From: Strigamia acuminata
Taxonomy: Eukaryota
DNA: 64,000 nucleotides
Direction: 5' to 3'
NCBI GenBank assembly: GCA_949358305.1
Contig: OX442314.1
Span: 1,116,001-1,180,000, forward strand
In this document: positions 24,250 to 37,386 of the stretch, one piece after another
Numbering within the stretch: position 1 is the first letter of the stretch
Layout of the letters: every line of letters starts with the position of its first letter
Translations under genes and position numbers: made by a program
Notes under the pieces: generated by a model
What the model saw: the letters and a program-made list of their open reading frames with translations, nothing else
Told to the model about the DNA's origin: nothing
The model's database searches: none

Positions 24250-27200
24250 TTAATTGGATGCACGAACGAAACGACGAATACCGGTACCTGCGTTGTCTGC
24301 CGCTTGTGTCGCTTGCGCAACCGGCCTGGGTGGGACCCTCGGCGGGGGTTTGGGCGGGGCCCTCGGCGGGGGTTTGGGTGGGGCCCTCGGCGGGGGTTTG
24401 GGCGGGGTCTTCGGCGGGGGTTTGGGCGGGGCCCTCGGCGGGGGTTTGGGCGGGGCCCTCGGCGGGGGTTTGGGCGGGGCCCTCGGCGGGGGTTTGGGCG
24501 GGGCCCTCGGCGGGGGTTTGGGCGGGGCCCTCCGCGGGGGTTTGAGCGGGGCCCTCGGCGGGGGTTTGGGCGGGGCCCTGGGAAGAGGCCTGGGCGGAGG
24601 CCAGAGCGGAAGCCTGGGCGGAAGACTGGGCGGAGGCCAGTGCGGAAGATTGGGCGGAGGCCAGTGCGGAAAATTGGGCAGAGGCCAGGGTGGAAGACAG
24701 GGTGGAGGCAACGGCGGAAGACTGGGCAGAAGCCAGGACAGAAGACTGGGCGGAGGCCTGGGCGCAGGTTGTACTGGTCGGATGATGGCGTTGGCATTGG
24801 CATTGGCGGCAACCATCAGTTGGGCTTGGGGTTGCTGCTGCTGCTGCATGAGTGGCTGGAAGACGATTTGGCCACGCTCGTTGACCATGGGCATGAAGCC
24901 TTGCGCGTACTGTTGCTGGGCCTGCTGCACGGCCGCGAACGGTGTTTTGGTCGGGTCGTGGCGCAGCTCGACCGCCTGCGCTTCCGGATGCGTCTCGATG
25001 TACTGTTGTTTCGCCTTCTTGGCGCCTTGCTCCACCTCCAGCCGATGCATTTCGGCGTCGTTCGAGAATTTGGGACACCTGAAGTTGCATTAATTCGTCA
25101 ATTTGCATTCCACTTCAATCATTAACTCACCTTCCGTTGTCGAAATGCGTGTAGTCCTTAATAGCCTCGCGACACACGTAGCAGAACATCTGGCCGCACG
25201 TGCACGTCATCTTGTTGCAGCCGTGTTCTTTGACGATGCGCCGCTTGCATCCGGGACACGTGCGCACCAACGCGTCCGTCATCTGGTCCTCGACGTACGT
25301 GCGGAACTGCACTTCCGGTTTCTGCTCGATCTCGTCGCAGCGCAGCGGGAGGTGGTTCGGTTCCTTGCACAACCTTCATTCATAAACTAAATTAGCATTT
25401 TATTTATTCCTTTTTTCATTTTTACGTCACCTGCACGTCACTTTGAGACATTCCGGATTGAGACAGCGAAAGATCGTGAGGTTCGCGTCCGGAATGATGG
25501 CGCAGAACGAGCAGTGAGGACACGACTCGAGATCCGGGATGTCGGCGCGCCGGATCTCCTCCTCCTGCATCTTGCGCACGACGTTTGAAAACACATTGGG
25601 TGGTAAAACACTCTGTAGGACGAAGGGCGGGAAGTCTTGCTCGCAGTACGCGTCAAGGCACGAGAAGTGGTAATTGCCCTGACCGATTCGCACCTCGGCG
25701 TGGCGCCGGATGCACGACCTGCAGAACAAGTGCCCGTCCGTGCACTGCAGCATGTCCGCCAAGAGCACTTCGTCCTCGAAGCAGCAACTGCACTCCATCA
25801 GTTCGTCGTTTGCCTTCGCCACTTCGATTTTACTCAGACGTTCCGCCTCCTTGTCCTTCTTGTATTCTAGAAAAGGAATGACATGTATTTACACTACACG
25901 ATTTTTGCTTTTTAAACTGTACGAATGATCCTGTCTTCCATCTCGATGAACAACTTCTCTTTGTAGAAGAGTTCGTCAATTTGTGGTGGCATGACTCTCA
26001 GGGGGCTCATCACCTTCTTTTTCCTCACGGTCTTCCTCCTTTTCTTCATTAACGGTTCTGTAATCAATCGAATTAATCAAGTACCGTATGAATGACCTCA
26101 CATTAAGCCGCATGCCAGTATTGTGAAAGTTATACTGGCATGACGATAAACCCCTGCCTTTTTAACGGCATGGCGATGTGAGGACGAATTTTTTAAAAGA
26201 ATTTAGCCAAAACAATCAAAGAAATTATTTTAGATGTCTAAAATCTACGAAATTTGTATAAATTTTCAAAAATTTTAGTAACAATCTTCAGAATATCAAT
26301 AAAACTCGAATTTCAGGCCCAAAATCCCATATAATCATTCATCTGGGCTCTTTAATGTGGCATGCCGGTCTTTACTTTTTGAACAAAATTTTAAAAACCT
26401 GCCACAGTAAACCCAGGCCCAACGGCATTATTCGAATTAGTTGATTATTTTGTGACCGTTTTGTCACCCAAAGGTACGAAGCGTCACTGACACACACTGC
26501 CCAATGGCCCCGAGGTGGGCCTGGTATCTTGGTGCTAAATTCCTACTGCGCATCCCATTCTGCACAGGCGATTTTCTAATTCCAGTTGTTATTTAGTAGT
26601 ATTAAGCCTAATATTAGACCTAATAATGCTAAAATTAAGTAAATAAAACAACAATAACCTCATCATTAAAAGTAATTTATGACCAAAATATCGGCCAGTT
26701 AAGCTGAGGATCTCCAACCACTACCGGTAGACAGAGTATTAAAAGCCACCAAACCCAACAACCCTCAAGTCTCTTGTCTTTATTTACGTGAGCATGCGTC
26801 CCACCCCAGGGTATCTTGACCCTAGGTTGCCCTGGATAAGACCAGACAGTCACAATTTGTTATTTTCGTTTAATAATTCACCGTCAGTGGGCGAAACGTT
26901 CCAGAGGGCATTCATCTCTTTCATGATGGGCGTGAGGTGGAAACGGTGTTTCTCCATCACTTGCGTCAAATCGTTTTTGTACGCGTATCGGAACTGGTTA
27001 CTGACGTAGCATTCAACGTGCAACCGGTACGACGCACTCACGACTCGGTCGTTGTTTTTAAAGTAGTTCTCCGGGTCTGGGAACATCTCCAGGAATTCCT
27101 CAACGCTGAACTTGCTGCAAAACAAATTCAGTGAAAAATGATGACAAAAATCAATACAAACAACGACAAAACATGAGAAAAAAAACACATTAAAAGCGCT

Positions 27201-27863
27201 TTGTTCATAGAAACACCACAAAAACGAAATGAAATAGACAAAATAAGTGGAAAACCTTTCGACAAATTTCCGCTTGACCGCCGCCTTTTGAGCTTCGGCC
27301 AACTTGGGATACGAGCGATTTTCCATCCATTCGTAAACCGTGGCATTTATGTAATTCACATCGTTCTTGCATCTCTCCAGAAAAGTGCGCAGGTATTCGG
27401 GATCAGCGTCCGGAAGGAGCTCTAAAATCAAGTTTTCTTTCTCCATCGTCGCCGACAAATTGTTATTCTTTTCCGTCGAAGAGGACGCGATTGCTTCCGG
27501 ACCGTTATTCCCGGCAATCGGGGCTTCATTCGTCACTGGAAAAGGTGCCATCCCCTTCATATCGAGCAATTCGCCGATGACTATCCGCACCCGGTTTGCA
27601 TTCCCGTGGTGCGCCTCCAAATACGCGAGGATTTCCTCCCGGCTCTTGTTAGGAACGAATCTGCCCACCATCTCCACATCTTTAATCAAATCCTTGAACT
27701 TGTCCGGTTGGTCTTCAACTGCATGCGGCGCGGGCGCAACGGCGATCATGCCGGGCATGTACGGAATGTCGTCTTCCTCGTCGTCTTCGTCGTCGTCGTC
27801 TTCGTCTTCGTCATTGTCATTGTCGCTGCTGTGGCGGGAATTAAAAAATTTAACTTTTTTCAT
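24250..27863 (-). CDS. RNF216/TRIAD3-like RBR E3 ubiquitin ligase, copy D (827 aa)
   Basis: Exons 27863-27256, 27114-26882, 26057-25923, 25866-25431, 25373-25131, 25078-24250 join in frame. RING1-IBR-RING2 with catalytic GCNKMTC; Pro-rich tail. Confidence 0.88.
24325..24765 (-). repeat. 24-bp coding minisatellite (PPRAPPKP x11 plus diverged 8-aa units)
   Basis: Tandem GGGCCCTCGGCGGGGGTTTGGGCG units on the + strand. Confidence 0.95.
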
Positions 27864-28227
27864 CGTTTTTCATTCTTATATTACGAAATCAGTGTGCTTT
27901 TTTGTTGATATCCATAACTGTTCCACTCTGTGAACAGAAACGGCAAGTTAGAACGGCTTTGTACGAATTACTTGGATTTTCACCTGGAAATTTGATGCGA
28001 CCAAGTTCGAGCCGTCATCTAAAACAGGGAGGTCGAAAAGTCAAAAAAGTCAAAAAAACATTTCTTGCAAGAAGAACCCGAAATAGGCTTTCAGGCCTAG
28101 ATTTGGAAATGGAAGCCAGAAGTTGTGAGATGACCGTTGTTCTATTTGTTTTGTTTTAAACAAAACAAAATATCGTTCTCATCTTTTTTATTATTTACCG
28201 TAAGTTGCAAAATTATTGTTATTATTT

Positions 28228-28260
<33 letters not shown>

Positions 28261-28399
28261 GTGAAAGGATTTCACGGATTTTGAGCAAAACGAGCGGTTC
28301 GAGGTTGCCAGGCGACTCCAGCGACTGCTGTGTTCATTTTGAATCGTTTTTATACAGGACAGAGTAATAAATTCGAAATAAGTTTCAAGCTTAAGCAAA

Positions 28400-28965
28400 A
28401 ACAAGGAAAAACAAGGAAGAGCAGCGCCTGAGTAGAATCGAAGTAGCGAAGGCAAACAACGAACTGATGGAGTGCAGTTGCTGCTTCGAAGAGGAAGTGC
28501 TCATGGAGGACATGCTGCAGTGCACGGACGGGCACTTGTTCTGCAGGACGTGCATACGGCGTCAGGCAGAGATGCACATCGGCCTGGGCAAGTACGAGTT
28601 CCCGTGCCTCGACCCGTACTGCGAGAGCCACTTCCTTCAGCACGTTTTACCGCCCATGGTATTCTCCAACGTCATGCGCAAGATTGAGAAGGAGGAGATC
28701 CAGTGTGTCGACATCCCGGACCTCGAATGGTGTCCGCACTGCTACTTCTGCACCGCCGTGCCAAGCGCCAACGTCAAGATCTTCCGCTGCCTCAACCCGG
28801 AATGTCCCAAAGTGACGTGCAGGTGAAAAGAAAATTAATAAAAACAAAAATTTTTTTTTTGTGTTAATTAATTTTCTTTAAAAAGACTTTGCAAGGAACC
28901 GAACCATCTTCCGCTACGTGTGTCGCGAAGCCATCGAGGACTACGAGCATTTCAAGAACGGAAGG
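28400..28965 (+). pseudogene. RBR fragment E (RING1-IBR exon plus internally deleted RING2 exon)
   Basis: [11 protein letters not shown]...CLNPECPKVTCR, then a deletion joining HLPL directly to the YVCREAI codons; no 5' exons. Confidence 0.8.
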
Positions 28966-30069
28966 CCCAAAGGAGGCGAGGCAAGGCTGAAATGTGATAA
29001 AATTATTTAAAGAATTGGGATGCCTGAAATTCAACGTTTTCTTTTCTGTTCATTGAATTTTCATTCTTTTCTGTTTCTCTAAGAAGAGAGGAAGAAGAAG
29101 ACAAATATTTTTAACTTTTGAAGAAACCGCACTCTTTTAAACCTGATTTCCATTCGATTTTTTCCGATTTTTTCCGATTTTAGAATTATTTTTTATCAGG
29201 AAAATTTTCGACCAGGATTCCATTCAACTGGGAAAATTTCTGATCAAAAATTGACGAACAAAAACCGCGTTATATTGAATTTAAAATTGAAAACGCCCCC
29301 TTGATACTGCACTGCATCGCACAAGGAATAAAAAAATGCGGGTGTTGCGCCAATGCGTAGGATCAAGCAAAAAAAATAAGATAAAAAAATTAAAATTAAA
29401 GAATAATTCATGAAATTTCCAGTGTTTACCCACTAATTTCACATTCAATCTCAATTAATTTTGTCACGCACCTTCTGCAAACAACAAATTGGTTAAATTT
29501 CAACATAAAAATGAAATATTCAGAGATTAGAATCATTTTCAAACATTTTTGCAATTTTTTTTTACTGGGCACCACCAGAGAAATAAGCATTTCAGCAATA
29601 TTGCAAATAAACAATGTAAACATATGTTAAATAAAGAAAAATTGATTAGAAAATTGGTGTTTTAAAATAGATTTGTTTACTTGGTGGCTCTGTGTTTCAC
29701 GGAGTTCGAGAAAGCCGTTTGGGTTTTATCTTCGACTGGAAATATGGAGGCGCATATCGTTTTTGTTGGTCGAATGGTTGCGACCGATCGATCTCCATCT
29801 AGCGGTCCATCTGCCGACGAAATTCAACTTTTTATCAACAAACAAACACAACGGCGCGAGTTCATTCATCTCATCGAGCCGTGCAAGTTTCGGCTTTTAT
29901 TTTCGAATGTCGACGAAAAGGGCTAAGAGCCTTTCGGGTTCTTTTCCCGTTTCTTTTCACAGAGTTGAACCGTTATGAATATCAATAAATAACTGGCACG
30001 ATTTCTTAATTTAATCATGAAAATCGATGAAAAAAGATGAATTTTTAAAATCCCGCCACAACAACGACG

Positions 30070-32548
30070 ATGAATAACGACGGCGACGACAATGAGGATC
30101 GTCCGAACATCGGCAAGATCGCCGTTGCGCCCGCGTCAGAAGCTGAAAACGACATCACAGAAGTATTCCATCCTAAATTAATCCAAACTATCAAACAAAA
30201 TAATTTAGGGATTTAATTTCTATATAGGAAGTAGCTTTGATCGTTAACAAGCTTCGCGAACTCTATTCGGATTTCGTTGTAGATCCGAACGAGGTTTACG
30301 CGTTGCTTGAACCAGTGAGCGCGAATCCCAACAGGAGGAACATCGTGATCGATCGGATGATCGCCAAATGGCAAAAGGAACCCGAAGAAGCACCGCTGAA
30401 CATCCCGGTGGAACAAAAAGCGGACAAATACGACGAATTGCTCAATGATGTGGAGGTGGTTAGCAAAGTCGTTCGGAACAAGAGCAGGGAGGAGATCCTC
30501 GCGTATTTGGAAGCGTTCCACGCGAATCCGGACCGAGTACGCATCGTGATCGGCGAGTTACTTGGAATGGACGGGCCGGCGCCGTTTCCTGCGGCGAATG
30601 ACGTTCGGAGCGCCGGGAATAATGGGGCGTCGACTTCGGCCGAATCGATGACGATGGAGAAAGTCAGATCGATTTTAGAGCTTTTCCCGGACGCCGATCC
30701 CGAGTATCTACGAAATTTCGTCGAGAAATGGGCAGATAATGTGAATTACATCAACGCGACGGTCTACGGGTGGATGGACAATCGGAATTATCCGAAGTTG
30801 GCGGAAGTTCGACGAGCGGCGACAAAACGGAAAATTGTGGAAAGGTTTGCTCGTTGTTTTATGCATTCGAAATATTTTTATGATACGAGAGAACATTTTT
30901 ATTAATTTTTCTCAATGATTTTGCTGTCCGTTTTGCAGCGATTTCAGCGTCGAGGAGTTCTTGGAGATGTTCCCAGATGCGGAGAACTTTTTCAACAACG
31001 AAAACAGACCCACGAGTGTATCGTACAGACACCACGTCGATCGCTACCTCCAAAACCGGTTTAAATACGCGTTCTACGCCGATTTGTGGAAAGTGATGCA
31101 TAAACACCGTTTTCACCTCACGCCGGTCATGAAGGAGTTGAATGCCATCTGGAACGTCTCCCCAACAGACGGTGATTTAATCAATCAATCAATCAATCAA
31201 TCAATAAACTTAATCGATCGATTCGATGAATGCAGAACCGCTCGCCAAAAAGACGAAAAATACCGTGAGGACAAAGAAGTTTCCGACTCAACGCGTTCCC
31301 ATGCCGACAACGATCGACGAACTCTTCTACAAAGAAAAGTTGTTCATCGAACTGGAAGACAAAATCAAACGTAATTTAAAATTATAAATCATTTTGTGTA
31401 ATTATGTGTGATTCAATTTCTAGAATACAAAAAAGACAATGAAGAGCAGCGCCTGACTAAAATTGAAGTGGCGAAGGCAAACGACGAACTGATGGAGTGC
31501 AGTTGCTGCTTCGAGGACGAAGTGCTCTTGGAGGACATGCTGCAGTGCACGGACGGGCACCTGTTCTGCAGGACGTGCGTACGGCGTCAGGCAGAGATGC
31601 ACATCGGCCTGGGCAAGTACGAGTTCTCGTGCATCGACCCGTACTGCGAGAGCGCCTTCCCGCCCATCGTTTTGCAGAATGTTTTGTTGCCCAACGTGTT
31701 CTCCAACGTCGTGCGCAAGATGCAGGAGGAGGAGATCCGGCGCGCCGACATCCCGGACCTCGAGTCGTGTCCTCACTGCTCGTTCTGCGCCATCATTCCG
31801 GACGCGGACCTCAAGATCTTCCGCTGCCTCAACCCGGAATGTCTCAAAGTAACATGCAGGTAAAAAAAAGACGAATAAAGGAATCAATATAATGCTAATT
31901 TTGTTTGTAAATGAAGACTGTGCAAGCAGCCGAACCACCTCCCGCTGGGCTGCGACGAGCAGAAATCCGAAGTGCAGTTCCGCACTTACGTTGAGGACCA
32001 CATGACTGACGCGTTGGTGCGCACGTGTCCAAAGTGTAAGCGGCGCATCATCAAAGAACACGGCTGCAACAAGATGATGTGCACGTGCGGCCAACAGTTC
32101 TGCTACCTTTGTCGCAAGACCATCTGGGGCTACATTCATTTCGGCGAGGGAAAGTGAGTTAAGGACGCACAAAGTTAATCAATTTCATTTCAACTCGCTT
32201 GTCAGGTGTCCTCTATTCTCGAACGACGATGAACTACATCGGCTGGAGGTGCAGGAGGGTGCCAAGAAGGCGAAGCAAAACTACCTGGAGAAGCACCCGG
32301 AAGCGCGGGCGTTGGAGCTGAGACACGACCCTGCCCAAACGCCGTTCGCAGCCGTGCAGAGGCAGCAGCAGCAGTACGCGCACGGCGCCATGCCCAGGCT
32401 GAACGAGCAGGGTCAGATCGTCTTCCCCAACCAGCAGCAGCGTGCGCAGGGTGGCCTGCCATTCAACTTGCCTTGGCCTTTTAATTTTTGGCGACCTGCA
32501 CCGAGGCCCCCACCGGTGGTACCTCCGCCAGATCCTCTTTCGTTTTGA
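30070..32548 (+). CDS. RNF216-like RBR E3 ligase, copy G (697 aa, short tail)
   Basis: Exons 30070-30162, 30228-30844, 30939-31171, 31236-31370, 31424-31859, 31917-32153, 32206-32548 join in frame; catalytic GCNKMMC. The start codon is inferred. Confidence 0.75.
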
Positions 32549-33857
32549 ACAACCTGCGCCAAACGTTTTTGTGTTTGGACTACCTGCGCCGAGGCCACGT
32601 CGTCGTGGTCGTCGTCGTTAATTATTTTTCTCTCTGTCACTAATGGACGTCGTGATCGCGGACGGGAATTGAACGAAAAGCAATAATTAATTATTATTAT
32701 TTTTTATTGTTCTTTGAAATTCATTGAACTTCGTGTTTATTTGTACAGATATAAAGAAAATCATTTTCTTCTTATGTTTTTATTTGTTTTTAGATTAGAA
32801 TTCCTTCATTTTTGAGGTGCCAGAAATAATTTTTTATCAATTCGGACGACAATCTTTCGTACGCCTGCTGATTGCAGTTGAATTCTTTCTTACGCTTATT
32901 TGGATCAGACAAAGCTAAAATTATTTTATATTAAAAAATAAAACGTCCCCTTGAAACTTCTCCGCATCGCACAAGGAATAATAAAATGCGCGATGTTGCG
33001 CACATGCGCAGGATTCACGCAAGATACTCCCAGAGGTTTGGTGTTGCTGTTAATGCATTGGGGTAATTACCGTAAGTAAACTAACGCCGTGTAAACTCAC
33101 ACGGATTTCTAGATAGTAAATAACATCTAATTTTTCACTTATCTGGAAAACTATCTTCATATAAATTTAGTTAAAATTTTAGTTAAAATCCTATCCGATG
33201 ATCAGCTTTTAAGACAAAAAATAAATCAAGTCCACGCCTTCGTGATAAGGCCATTGCGTATATACAGTTTTTAAAAATGTTCCATAATTACTTCTATTAT
33301 GTTCTGTCATAGACTTGTGTTGTAAGTGAAATGAGAGATTTGGTCTAAGGCTGGCCAAGTTTGGGGCGGACTAAGTAAGCTTAATTGGCCGTTTGTGTTT
33401 ATTGTTTGGTTTATGTTTTTACTGGCTTGGGATGCTAAAGAAATTGTTTACGGTCGGTATTGAAATGAATTGATAAAAAATGATTACGGTACTGCAGCAA
33501 CAGGTAAACAAACGTGGAACTGTTGATCAACAATCAACGAAATCTTATAAGAAACAATAACAAACTGCAAGAACAATCAAAAACAACAATTGTTAGTGTA
33601 ATAAAAACAGTGGTTGACATGGCGTATTAACTTTTTATTTCTGAATACAAATCAAATCGATTTAATGCAGACTCAGCCTCTGATTTTTCTAAAAATCAAT
33701 TTTCTTCTTTTCTAAAAATCATTTTTATTTTTTTCTTAAAATCATTTTTCTTTCTTTCTAAAAATTCAATTTTGAAACTTCAAAATGCGAAATGTAACGC
33801 ATGACACTTATTTGACATGCCATATTTGCCTTTAATTTTTGAATAAAAAAAAATCGG

Positions 33858-36096
33858 TTAGTTCTTGTCCTCGTCCCAGGGAAGAAATCGTAGGTTCAGG
33901 CGAACACCGCGTTCTTCAGCCTTTCGATTCAAGGCATCAACGTCAAACTGTTGTCTTTTCACCTCATTAATTCGAAAACGTACTTCTAACACCTTCAGAG
34001 AATCGATTTTGACCAGATCCTCAATCCCCGACGGCCCCAACAAGTTGCATTCAACAATTTCCAAACATTCGAGTTTGTTTGTCAGGGCTGGACTGGCAAT
34101 TCCAGATCGAAAGCACAACGAACGGCGTAAATTATTCACCGTGAAATACCCGTAATCCCGCCGGGCCATCAAGTCGGCCAACTTATGCGCCATTTCATTA
34201 CTGAAGCCGGGCCAATGAGAAAGAATGAGCCAATCCAGATTGGGACACATGGCCAACAACTCGAACAAATAACCCGAGCTAACCCAACGATCGTTTAGAT
34301 TTTCCAGGCGAAAGCGCGTCAATTTATCAAACGACAAATCGCGCAAACCAACACGATCGAACGAATCATTTTGCTCCGCTAATCTCACGTCCGAGGCATA
34401 ACGCATGTCAACGTTCAAATAACTCAACTCCTTGAATTTCGTCAAACTCTGCACCATGTTGAGGGTGAAAACCTTCGGAGTGATGTCGATTTCGGAAACT
34501 TTGAGGCACGTGAGCGCGGCTATCTCCAATTCCTCCTCAATGTCGTCGCGAGGGTACAGCAAGACCAATTTTCGCAGATTGTATTGCGGCGGTGGCGCGC
34601 CCATTGGCCGGAGCGCCTCAATGTCGCCGATCGGCACGAGCGCTTTGAGCCACTTGGAGTCGTAGGTTTCAAATTCTTCGATGGATTTCATCGTGTTCAA
34701 GATCAAGCACAAACAGTCGGTTGGAAATTCATGGCTCAACCTGACAACTTGTAGCGTTTTTCTGAGAGTGGAATCTTCCGCGCATAGTTGTCGTAGGAAT
34801 TTTTCGTTAATATTGGCTCCTTCGGCATCAAACACACAGAGTGGCAGCCCAGCGATGTACTTCGCCGCGTCGTCTTCAACAACAGTGTGAGAAATATCGA
34901 GTATCCCTAGCTCTGGCGAAGTCTGGCACATTTTTTTGCAGGTTTTGGCCTTCAGTGTACATCCCACGGGCAGTTGTAACATTCCCAGATTCTGTGCGAA
35001 TAGATACAGTTAGTAGAATTAATGAAACAAATTTTTTTTTAACACTAGAATGGCCAGATTGGTCATTTTGACCTACCCAATGGGTTTACAATGGTGTTTT
35101 TATTTTTACTTTAGTTGATTTATGATGCTTTACATGATGAATCAGCAAACGCTGCATTTTTCTTAAAAAATAAAAACAAAAAAAGAATTAACCTAGAACG
35201 ACCAAAACTGGTCAAAACGACCGGTCGAAATAGCACAAACAATACGTGCACAATACTGCATACAATGTTTTGGCGTCAAATTGAGTTGTTTTAAATTCCG
35301 AAACACACGAAACATGTGAAGAAAACAGTAAAGCAAAAATTGATGGATTTTATAAAACCTGAGAAAATTAAAACGGGAATTCTGATTTCAGACACATGCA
35401 ATTTTGGATAGGTCTTGTTCCCTGATATCGATTAAACTATATCTAGTCATTCATAAAATACACATATATATATATTTTACATTATTGCACATTAATTTAT
35501 TATTTTTCTCTCAATGGGTCATTACGACCGGTTTTGGCCGTTCTAGAAAATACACTTTTCTGTTAAAAAGGCCACTTGTGTGTGGAGGTAGTTCCATTTG
35601 TCTACTCACTTTCAACTTGTGGCCACAAACTCGAAGCAAAAAATCCAAATCAAAATTTGGACTCATAAACCCCAACTCCAGTTCTTCCTGCTCTTCGTGT
35701 ATAAACAAAGCAACATCCCACGCGTCTGGCTGGCGAACACTGACGTCCCAAAAACTGGAGTCATTCAATTTCATCATCATTTTATAACGAACACATCGAG
35801 CTAAATCAAACAATTTCATATTGATAATTACGAAATAAATGCACAAATCCGTGTGACACTCACGCAGTTCATTCATGGTTGGACTGGGCCGTAGGAAATT
35901 AAAAGGCAATTTCCAAACGTTACGGGCCACCGGAAAAAACCCGGAATCCCACCGCGCTAGTCCAGTACTTTGTCCATCGAAGTAAATCCATTAGTTCCAA
36001 TGTTTTTCTCAGTCGATCCTCTTCCACTTCTTCAACCGGTCGTTGAATAAGACAGTTGAATAGAACTTTAATAGTCAGGTCCTTTAATGTCCACAT
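33858..36096 (-). pseudogene. BC-box/Cul2-box LRR gene L1 (1-nt frameshift in exon 1)
   Basis: MWTLKDLTIKVLFNCLIQRP start; ATGGATTTACTTC versus paralog ATGGATTACTTC; spliced LPRCVRYKMM; intact terminal LRR exon to 33858. Confidence 0.7.
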
Positions 36097-36799
36097 TTTC
36101 GATCCTGCTGAAGACCTTCCGACCAGAAATTTTGATTTGAAGCTCGATGCTTCGAAATTTACAACAATAGTTACTGTAGCAACAGGTAATCAAACGTTGA
36201 AATGTTGAACAACAATCAACGGGATGAAATAATGAAATATGCCCAAAAGTAAATAAAAAAATACAATTAAAAGTACTAAAAATCAATTAATAAACGACAA
36301 AAACCCTAAAGAAAGAATAATAAAACTGAAAATCATTTGAAAACAATATACATACCTTTATTCTTTTTAAACAGACCCGAGAGAAGACCAAAAGCAGGAC
36401 CAAGCTGACTCCATCGTTCCTGTGACCCCGCGGACTCAGAAACGCCATCTTGGACACTCCATCGTTCAACTTTCACAAACTTATTACATTGTTAGGCATA
36501 CAGCCAGTCGGTACGGCGACTAATCATCGCAAGATTCATCGCGTAATTCATCAGTTTTACAAACTAACTATGCGTGAAAGCGAGTATACACTTGTAATCA
36601 ATTAAAATGGCAGCAAAATCGCCATCTTTTCCACAGTTGCTCCATCTGTTGAAAAAATGCATAACTTTCTTTATAAATCAGACTAATATTGAATTCTACA
36701 TCAAAACTGTTTGATTTCAGACATGACTTGACAAAAAAGCTTAGCTCCGAATCTACATGTGATGACATTTGTTTATTTTTGAATATAAAACAATCGAAT

Positions 36800-36950
36800 T
36801 AATGCAGACACTGACAACTCGTTAGTCGCCATCGTTGCCACCGTCATCAACATCATCTACAAGTGCATCATGGGGCGAGTCTTCAAATAGTATTTCCAGG
36901 ATCACAGCACCCTGTTTTCAGCCATTAGCTGCATCGCAGCAACGTCAAAA
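36800..36950 (-). pseudogene. 3'-end fragment of an LRR paralog
   Basis: FDVAAMQLMAE...DGD-stop plus the shared 3' UTR CGAGTTGTCAG. Confidence 0.6.
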
Positions 36951-37386
36951 TAACAATTAACAAATTAACAATGAAATAAAATGGAGTGCAAAACACTCCA
37001 ATGAATTTTTTATGTCTCAAAATGCAATTGTTTTGGCTTTTTTGTGGGAAAGTGCATTATAAAAGAAAGAGCAAAAGCGTTGTTTTAACGTCGCTTGGGT
37101 TTCTAGGCGACGATAGTTGTCTATCAATGGCAGAGTACGATAGCTGTGTGTTAACTATGGCGAATTAAATATTTCTTCTTGTTCATTCACCCAAACCGAG
37201 CTCTTTTATTCTCACATTTTTTCAGAACATGAATTTTTCTCTTAAAAATCATTTTTCTTTTTTTCTAAAAATTCAATTTTGACACCTCAAAATGCATTCT
37301 CCTGCCTGCAAATGCGAGATGTACACATGACACTTGTTCGCTTTTTATTTTTTAATAAAATAAAGATCTATTTAGTGTAGGCACGG

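Noticed and set aside
24099..25125. Long Gly-rich, Arg-rich and AQTPAEGP ORFs in other frames
   Set aside because: Shadows of the stop-free 24-bp repeat; only the Pro-rich frame splices in phase with the RBR exons. The same applies at 47165-47876.
26082..26440. Copy-D-specific intron insertion starting TACCGTA (pogo/Tc-like end)
   Set aside because: No matching second TIR or TSD found, so it is left unclassified.
28215..28260. (ATT)n tract, also (AAT)n near 44030 and (AATC)n near 31180
   Set aside because: Ordinary microsatellites; the first two are paralogous positions upstream of D and F.
36340..36600. Possible solo LTR upstream of L1
   Set aside because: Ends and TSD could not be defined.
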